In this document: piece after piece, positions 26,450 through 32,000 of the stretch | How the letters are laid out: each line of letters begins with the position of its first letter | Numbering within the stretch: position 1 is the first letter of the stretch | Assembly: GCF_003072485.1 (NCBI RefSeq) | Contig: NZ_CP025989.1 | Span: forward strand, 60,001 to 92,000 | From: Candidatus Fokinia solitaria | GTDB taxonomy: Bacteria > Pseudomonadota > Alphaproteobacteria > Rickettsiales > Midichloriaceae | DNA: 32,000 nt | Reading direction: 5' to 3' | Translations under genes and position numbers: made by a program | Notes under the pieces: model-generated | Told to the model about the DNA's origin: nothing | Seen by the model: the letters and a program-made list of their open reading frames with translations, nothing else | The model's database searches: none

Positions 26450-27263
26450 AGAAATGATTTAACTCATCAAAGATAGATAAAAGCTCAATTCTTGTCATAT
26501 TTTCTGCTCTTTTACCGAGATCAATCCCTTTAGCGCAGAGAGACTGCGTGAAAGCATCATAATTATGTAGGGATTTCAGCACATTTCTTATACTTTTCCT
26601 TCTATTGTGAAATAGTATTCTTCCAAACTTCATTAAAGATTGGCAGTCGTATTTTGTATCAGCTATCGGCTCTATATATATCAAAGATGATTGTACTTTA
26701 GGTGGTGGAGAGAAGACATTAGGCTGAAGATCGAATAATACCTCTGTTTTACATAATGTGTTGATAACAAAGCTTAGAAAGTTACTGCATTTTTCCGCAT
26801 CTTCACATATCAGATCAGCTACTTCTTTCTGTATCAATATGGTAAAACTCGAGAACATATTAATAGTTTTAAGCCATTTCCAAATAAGTGCTGTAGCGAT
26901 ATTATACGGTAAATTACCTATAATAGTGATTTTACCTTCAATTTGCTGCGAGAGAACATCTCGTATTACGGCATATTCATCTACTTCAAGCGCATCGCAA
27001 TGTACTACACCTAAGTTACGATATAAAGCTGCAATTTTCTCAAGATGTGAAATGAGATTACGATCTCTTTCTAAGCATATAAGAAATTTAGGCATGCCAA
27101 CCTTCATTATAGATTGTGTCAATATTCCACACCCACCGCCTATCTCAATGACTATGTGATCTGTAATATGATTTGCATGTAATACTATTTTATCAGTGAT
27201 ATCAGAATTTGTTATGAAATGCTGTCCTAGCGCTTTTATCGGCTTATGATTAATGCTGTCCAC
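26433..27263 (-). CDS. rsmA: 16S rRNA (adenine1518/1519-N6)-dimethyltransferase
   Basis: 276 aa. It has KALGQHFITNSDITDKIV, the SAM motif EIGGGCGILT and GNLPYNIAT. It overlaps the ispDF start by 17 nt. Confidence 0.9.
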   Translation of the reverse strand: MDSINHKPIKALGQHFITNSDITDKIVLHANHITDHIVIEIGGGCGILTQSIMKVGMPKFLICLERDRNLISHLEKIAALYRNLGVVHCDALEVDEYAVIRDVLSQQIEGKITIIGNLPYNIATALIWKWLKTINMFSSFTILIQKEVADLICEDAEKCSNFLSFVINTLCKTEVLFDLQPNVFSPPPKVQSSLIYIEPIADTKYDCQSLMKFGRILFHNRRKSIRNVLKSLHNYDAFTQSLCAKGIDLGKRAENMTRIELLSIFDELNHFYASDA

Positions 27264-27272
27264 AGAGGTAAC

Positions 27273-27878
27273 TTAAATATGAAAGGCAGTTTTTATTTTA
27301 CTCTTATACTGTCCGAATGTTCTTGCTTTTGAAAGACCTCTATCAATCTGCTGATAGCATTCTTCTTGATTTGCCGTTTCTTTCGAAAGAGATGAGAGTA
27401 ACGTATAAAGAATTGCGCTAAGAATGAGTCTTTTAGTGTAAAAATTTATATCACTAGATGTATCACGGACTTTTCGCCATATGATATCAGCTTGACTGTA
27501 GCAAGTTGCCGTAGTGGTAATCTTATTCTCAATTCTTGTAGCGTAATTGAGTATCGGAAGTCTTTTTTCTCCTAATGATAGGTATGTGTCGCATATCGTA
27601 TATAATATAGCTCTTATATTTTCTGTTATGCTATTGGATTGCAGTGGAAAATCCTCCAAGCACTCGGTAGTTAGATACAGTTGCAAAAATTTTGTATAAC
27701 CGGAAATTGTGCTATCGGTAAAGTAAAACGCTAGCCATTTTGCATCCATTACACTCCACAGATATTCTAATATGTCTTCATTCCATCCAATTTTAGAAGA
27801 GATCTCGAAGCTTTTGTGCATTAACTCATTTCCTTCAGAACGATGTCTCTTTACAAGAAAACTGTACATCTCATTCAA
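27273..27878 (-). CDS. COQ9 family protein (rpsU-divergently-transcribed protein family), tentative
   Basis: 201 aa. The C-terminal segment DTSSDINFYTKRLILSAILYTLLSSLSKE....IDRGL resembles the COQ9 family core (D.s.D.n.YTKR..La.vY.sT...w..D.S......FL.RRI). It ends 9 nt before rsmA. Recognition is from memory only. Confidence 0.5.
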   Translation of the reverse strand: MNEMYSFLVKRHRSEGNELMHKSFEISSKIGWNEDILEYLWSVMDAKWLAFYFTDSTISGYTKFLQLYLTTECLEDFPLQSNSITENIRAILYTICDTYLSLGEKRLPILNYATRIENKITTTATCYSQADIIWRKVRDTSSDINFYTKRLILSAILYTLLSSLSKETANQEECYQQIDRGLSKARTFGQYKSKIKTAFHI

Positions 27879-27968
27879 AAATGTTTATCATCTCGTACAC
27901 TGACGATGCGACTTGAGTTGCTTTGTTAAAGCACTTTTCGTTGCGATGAACATAAAGTAGATTTAGAA

Positions 27969-28538
27969 ATGTCATATGTCAATCAATTGGTGAGTATTGA
28001 AAGTACTCCAAATCCAGAAGCTAAAAAGTTCGTCTTTCAAGCTAGATTAATAGAAAGTTCAACATCGTACATATTCGATAGATCGAGTATATCAAGGTCT
28101 TATACTTCCGAATTAGCGGATCTTATTCTAAAGAATGAGGCAGTTTCTGATGTAATGATTGCCGGTGATTTTGTTGTAGTGACAAAAGTTAAAGGTTCTG
28201 AATGGAGTTCTCTACAAATGGAGTTATCCTGCTTGCTTGTAGAATATTTCTGCAACTCTCAAGGAGATATCGTAAAATGCACTAATGATGAAGAAAAAAA
28301 CTGCACCAATGATGAGATTTCTAATCAGATAAAAAAGCTTTTAGATGAACTCGTTAAGCCTGCAGTTGCACAAGATGGCGGAGATATTGTTTTTGTGAAA
28401 TTTGAAGAAGGAAAAGTATACGTTAAAATGACAGGCGCATGCAACGGGTGTCCGAGTTCAACTTATACTTTGAAAAATGGCGTTGAGGTAATGCTGCAGC
28501 ATTATATCCCTGAAGTAGTGGAGGTGATTGCTATTTAA
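27969..28538 (+). CDS. NifU/Nfu-type Fe-S cluster assembly scaffold or carrier protein
   Basis: 189 aa. The N-terminal Nfu_N-like region is IESTPNPEAKKFVF. The C-terminal NifU domain is VKPAVAQDGGDIVFVKFEEGKVYVKMTGACNGCPSSTYTLKNGVEVML, which carries the CxxC motif. Confidence 0.85.
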   Translation: MSYVNQLVSIESTPNPEAKKFVFQARLIESSTSYIFDRSSISRSYTSELADLILKNEAVSDVMIAGDFVVVTKVKGSEWSSLQMELSCLLVEYFCNSQGDIVKCTNDEEKNCTNDEISNQIKKLLDELVKPAVAQDGGDIVFVKFEEGKVYVKMTGACNGCPSSTYTLKNGVEVMLQHYIPEVVEVIAI

Positions 28539-28555
28539 TTAATCAGTAATGAGCT

Positions 28556-28882
28556 ATGAGTGATATACAGAAAAAAATAGAAGATATTATCAATGCGAAT
28601 GATATCGTGCTTTTCATGAAAGGTACTGCCTCTATTCCAATGTGCGGTTTCTCCAGTACGGCAGTAGCGATTTTGAATCGTTTTAATCTACACTTTTTGA
28701 CGATTGATGTATTGTCAGATAATGATATCAGAAGCGGTATCAAGATATATTCAGAATGGCCAACAATCCCTCAGTTATATGTTAAGCAGCAATTCATAGG
28801 AGGTTCTGATATTATGAAGATAATGTACGAAAATGGAGAATTTGAATCGTTGTTGAGAAAACACATGTTGTATGATGAGTAA
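28556..28882 (+). CDS. grxD: Monothiol glutaredoxin (Grx4/GrxD family)
   Basis: 108 aa. VLFMKGTASIPMCGFSSTAVAILN has the CGFS active site, followed by WPTIPQLYVKQQFIGGSDI. Confidence 0.92.
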   Translation: MSDIQKKIEDIINANDIVLFMKGTASIPMCGFSSTAVAILNRFNLHFLTIDVLSDNDIRSGIKIYSEWPTIPQLYVKQQFIGGSDIMKIMYENGEFESLLRKHMLYDE

Positions 28883-29486
28883 TAGTATCAACTATAAAAA
28901 TGCTACATTTGTATGTGGTACTACAAGCGTTAGTTATGCGTTAAAGCAACTACAGTATCCTGAGATTGCCGTATACGGAAGGTCGAATGTTGGAAAATCA
29001 AGTATTATCAATGCAATCACGGAATGTAAGGGATTATGTCGAAAATCGATGAAGCCTGGCTGTACAATGCAGCTTAATTATTTTTTGATTGATGACAAAT
29101 TGATGATAGTCGATATGCCAGGGTATGGCTTCGCAAGACGTAGTAAAGTCGAGATCGGAAAAAGCTATAATATTGCAAGAAATTATATAGCGAATAGCAC
29201 ATCTCTGAAGGCTTTACTGTTACTGATTGATATAAGGAGAGGATGCAAAGAGAATGATATTGAGATGATAAAGCTATTATGCGAAGAAGGGAGAAGATTT
29301 GTAATAGTATTCACTAAAGGCGATAAAGTATGCGAAGAAGCGAGAGAGCATGCTAGATTGAATCTAGAGAGTATTTTAAAAGAGCATGGCCTAGATGAAG
29401 GTATAGGAGAAGCAACGATTGTCACAAGTAGTAAAAAAGGTAAAAATATATCAGCATTAAGAGAATTAATCAGTGAAGTTATTTAG
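28872..29486 (+). CDS. engB: Ribosome biogenesis GTP-binding protein YihA/EngB
   Basis: 204 aa with G1 GRSNVGKSSIINA, G3 DMPGYGFA and G4 TKGDK. It overlaps the grxD stop by 11 nt. Confidence 0.88.
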   Translation: MMSNSINYKNATFVCGTTSVSYALKQLQYPEIAVYGRSNVGKSSIINAITECKGLCRKSMKPGCTMQLNYFLIDDKLMIVDMPGYGFARRSKVEIGKSYNIARNYIANSTSLKALLLLIDIRRGCKENDIEMIKLLCEEGRRFVIVFTKGDKVCEEAREHARLNLESILKEHGLDEGIGEATIVTSSKKGKNISALRELISEVI

Positions 29487-30078
29487 AATCGCGATCGATA
29501 CTAACACCACTGCCTGATTTAGGAGTAACAAGTTTTACGGAATGTTTTGATATATATTGCTTCCACATAGATTGCGATTTGATAGTGCTACTGTGTTTGA
29601 TGCACAATAAGACTGCACCTATAGTAGCTATCAGTAAGATAAAGCCTATCAGTATTACGTACTGATAATGAGAGTCGTACAATGCAATACCGATTTCTGT
29701 TGCTTTGAATACCTTTGGCTGTTTGACTTCGCCTTCTATGTTGAGTAAATACACGTTTACGCACAACAGCGGTACTACTCCAAGAAATGGCCATAGTGCT
29801 ATTTTTGATTTTTCGTGCATCTCACTTTCTTGTGACATGCCTACTATTGCGAATAAGAAAAGTACCGCAATCGCGCCTACGTATACTATGAGTAGCATGA
29901 AGGCAAGATACTCCGCACCCATCATTATGTATAAAAATGATGTACCTACAAACGCAAGTATTACACCAAGTGTAGTGTAAACAAGTACTGATGAAATAAC
30001 GGTGTATGCTAAGCACAAAATAATAGTGGAAGATATGCAGACGAAAAGAAAGTCGGCGGATAATATCGTTGGACTCAT
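29479..30078 (-). CDS. nuoJ: NADH-quinone oxidoreductase subunit J
   Basis: 199-aa hydrophobic protein. GAEYLAFMLLIVYVGAIAVLFLFAIVGM is the NuoJ/ND6 signature region. There are 5 predicted TM segments. Confidence 0.85.
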   Translation of the reverse strand: MSPTILSADFLFVCISSTIILCLAYTVISSVLVYTTLGVILAFVGTSFLYIMMGAEYLAFMLLIVYVGAIAVLFLFAIVGMSQESEMHEKSKIALWPFLGVVPLLCVNVYLLNIEGEVKQPKVFKATEIGIALYDSHYQYVILIGFILLIATIGAVLLCIKHSSTIKSQSMWKQYISKHSVKLVTPKSGSGVSIDRDSK

Positions 30079-30094
30079 GAACTCGAGATTGTTA

Positions 30095-30170
30095 TGGTGA
30101 TCCTGATGCGACTCGAACGCATGACCTACTGATTAAAAGTCAGTTGCTCTACCGACTGAGCTACAGGATC
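30095..30170 (-). tRNA. tRNA-Lys (anticodon UUU)
   Basis: The reverse complement folds as GATCCTG TA GCTC AGTCGGTA GAGC A ACTGA CTTTTAA TCAGT AGGTC ATGCG TTCGAGT CGCAT CAGGATC ACCA. It is 76 nt with an encoded CCA. Confidence 0.92.
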
Positions 30171-30534
30171 ACGGCAGTATCTTGACACTACGAGTGGATG
30201 GTATAAAAATATGGCTGACTTGTCTATATAATTCGGAAGTTTTCTGAAAATTTCCAAGAAGTTGCTTGGTGAACCGATTGGCGCTGAAGAGATGAGGAGA
30301 GGAGGGGAGGAGATGATGGAGAACATGTAATTCTATTTTGTCTCTGAACTTTCGATGTCTTAAAATAACTCACCAAGCAGGCAGGGAGGGCTGTTTCCTT
30401 CATGCGAGTTAACGATCATAGACTGTCACAGTTTGAAACTGTCTCAAGTAGCGCTTTAGAGTATTTCTCATATCCGTTGAATTATTTGGTAGAATTTGGT
30501 AAATCGTACCAGATATGAATGTAGAGCGGATGAT

Positions 30535-32000
30535 ATGAGCTTTGAATTGCTAGGCACGCTGAATAGAGTTCGCAGAAAGAGTAATAAAGGATACGATGTG
30601 CTAAGTCCTATTTATGAACTACTTCTCAATGCTGTCAATGCCGAATGTAATAACGAGAAGGTAGATAAAGATGTTACTATCGAGATAGAATACACAACGA
30701 AGGAGATACATAAGAAAAAGTATATTAATTATATTAAAATTTCTGATTACGGAGTTGGATTTAGCGAAGACAATTTTCAATCATTCAAAAATCTGTACTC
30801 AAGTACAAATCAAAAACTTGGCTGTAAGGGAGTAGGAAGATTTCAAATTATGAGATCTTTTCATCAGATCAAAGTTAAGAGCTTTGATGATAATAAAAGA
30901 TTTTCTTTCGATTTAGCGGAGTGCAACTATAACCAAAACAACATAGAAGGATTTTCAGAGAAACAGAGCCTTAATAGTTGCGATGCTGAAGCGAAAAAAA
31001 CGGTAGTTGAATGTGTTTATGATATAGCGAAAAAGAATAAGGATTTTGATGATGCTATACCTATGGCAGCGCCTGATGAAGAGGACGTGAAGGAGAAAAT
31101 TTTTTCAAAATTACTACTGAAATTAATATTACTTAAGAAAAGTGAATTTTGCATCGATATTAAATTGCAAGGTAAAAGTTTCATTACAAATACTGATATT
31201 GACGATCTGTCTGATATTGAGCAATCTTTTACTATCAAGGATATTGATGATAAGTTTACAATCTATCATTTGGTGACTAACCGTATTAAAGCAAAAACGA
31301 ATGAATGTAGAAATTATATTACATATGTAGCGGATGCTGTTGAGGTGACGAAAGACACATCTTTTTTTCAAGGTAAATCAAAATTTTTATACGAAGATGA
31401 TGAGAAGAAGCGATATATAGGTATTATAGAAAGTGACTATTTAAATAAACATGTTTCAGATAATAGGGAGGAATTTGATATAAAGCAGGAGACTTTTGAT
31501 AGTATTACAGAGAGTTGCAATGAACAAGTTGAGCGTAAGCTGAAAAAGGAACTCGAAAAGTACTATTCTGTTCAAGAGGATAAAATTAATAGAGTAAACG
31601 ATATGTATCCATTCTTAAAAGTAAAAGATCGATGTTTTGAGTACAAGCCGGATGACACGGAGGATGATATAGCTGAAAAAGGTTACATTTATTTGGCAAA
31701 AAAAGGATTTAAAAGCTTTAATGGTCTTAAAGAAAGGCTACTACAGTTCAATGAGAAGATAGCAGATAACATAAAGGACAAACAAGGAACATTATTTCCA
31801 GAGACTTCTTTAAAAGAAGAAATTTGTAATATAGCTGACGCAATTCAGAATGTTAGGAAGGATTCTTTAGCACGCGCGGTAACAGAAGAGTATGTAATCT
31901 TGCGGTTACTCGAAGAATATATTAAGCAAGAAAGTAAAGAATCTTGTATACATGAGCTTGTCTTTCCAAGATTTAAAAAGTACAGTAACGAAGAAAAAGA
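30535..32000 (+). CDS. GHKL-superfamily (Bergerat fold; MORC/Hsp90/MutL-like) ATPase domain protein. The 5' end is complete and the 3' end runs off the window.
   Basis: Absent from the ORF track because it has no stop in the window. I translated 488 codons by hand from the ATG at 30535 without meeting a stop. The N-box is YELLLNAVNAE, the G1 box is KISDYGVGFSEDNF and the G2 box is LGCKGVGRFQIMRSF. The rest is K/E-rich and helical, ending in ...ESCIHELVFPRFKKY at the window edge. Confidence 0.75.
   Translation, partial: MSFELLGTLNRVRRKSNKGYDVLSPIYELLLNAVNAECNNEKVDKDVTIEIEYTTKEIHKKKYINYIKISDYGVGFSEDNFQSFKNLYSSTNQKLGCKGVGRFQIMRSFHQIKVKSFDDNKRFSFDLAECNYNQNNIEGFSEKQSLNSCDAEAKKTVVECVYDIAKKNKDFDDAIPMAAPDEEDVKEKIFSKLLLKLILLKKSEFCIDIKLQGKSFITNTDIDDLSDIEQSFTIKDIDDKFTIYHLVTNRIKAKTNECRNYITYVADAVEVTKDTSFFQGKSKFLYEDDEKKRYIGIIESDYLNKHVSDNREEFDIKQETFDSITESCNEQVERKLKKELEKYYSVQEDKINRVNDMYPFLKVKDRCFEYKPDDTEDDIAEKGYIYLAKKGFKSFNGLKERLLQFNEKIADNIKDKQGTLFPETSLKEEICNIADAIQNVRKDSLARAVTEEYVILRLLEEYIKQESKESCIHELVFPRFKKYSNEEK

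Noticed and set aside
30126-30326. A 66-aa ORF on the minus strand.
   Set aside because: It overlaps the tRNA-Lys gene and otherwise translates the polypyrimidine complement of the purine tract (SSPPLLISS). It is not credible as a gene.
30095-30534. tRNA-Lys as the integration site (attB) for an island carrying the GHKL gene.
   Set aside because: Islands normally insert at the tRNA 3' end. Here the 3' end (30095) faces nuoJ and the 5' end faces the GHKL gene. I found no direct repeat of the tRNA 3' segment in the visible sequence. This cannot be excluded without the downstream contig.
1-32000. I scanned for CRISPR arrays, IS elements or transposases, rRNA genes and integrases.
   Set aside because: There are no regularly spaced short direct repeats. 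No ORF has DDE or tyrosine/serine recombinase motifs, there are no long terminal inverted repeats, and there is no rRNA-like sequence.

Overview
This is an AT-rich, gene-dense bacterial window of about 30 CDS and 3 tRNAs. The gene content suggests a reduced alphaproteobacterial (Rickettsiales-like) intracellular genome; this is inference only, since no search was possible. Supporting genes are cmk-rpsA, fused ispDF, rsmA, a COQ9-like gene, nfu-grxD-engB, nuoJ, htpG, murD, queD and an AprD/AprE-type type I secretion pair.

Most of the window is housekeeping. Three things stand out:
1. A head-to-tail triplication at about 19.25-23.6 kb. Each 1.44-1.48 kb unit encodes an unrecognisable 397-416 aa helical protein with an acidic C-terminus built from in-frame 36-bp repeats. 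The three copies share sequence in a block-mosaic (gene-conversion-like) pattern. The array sits next to a tRNA-Gly/tRNA-Ala pair, and a two-gene T1SS lies in the same window.
2. A 5'-complete, 3'-truncated ORF from 30535 to the window end. It encodes a GHKL (Bergerat-fold) ATPase of the MORC/Hsp90-like kind seen in conflict systems, and follows an odd leader region next to tRNA-Lys.
3. An orphan dinD-like gene flanked by unusually long non-coding DNA.

I saw no CRISPR array, no transposase or IS element, and no rRNA. All protein calls come from reading motifs in the supplied translations; no database search was run.
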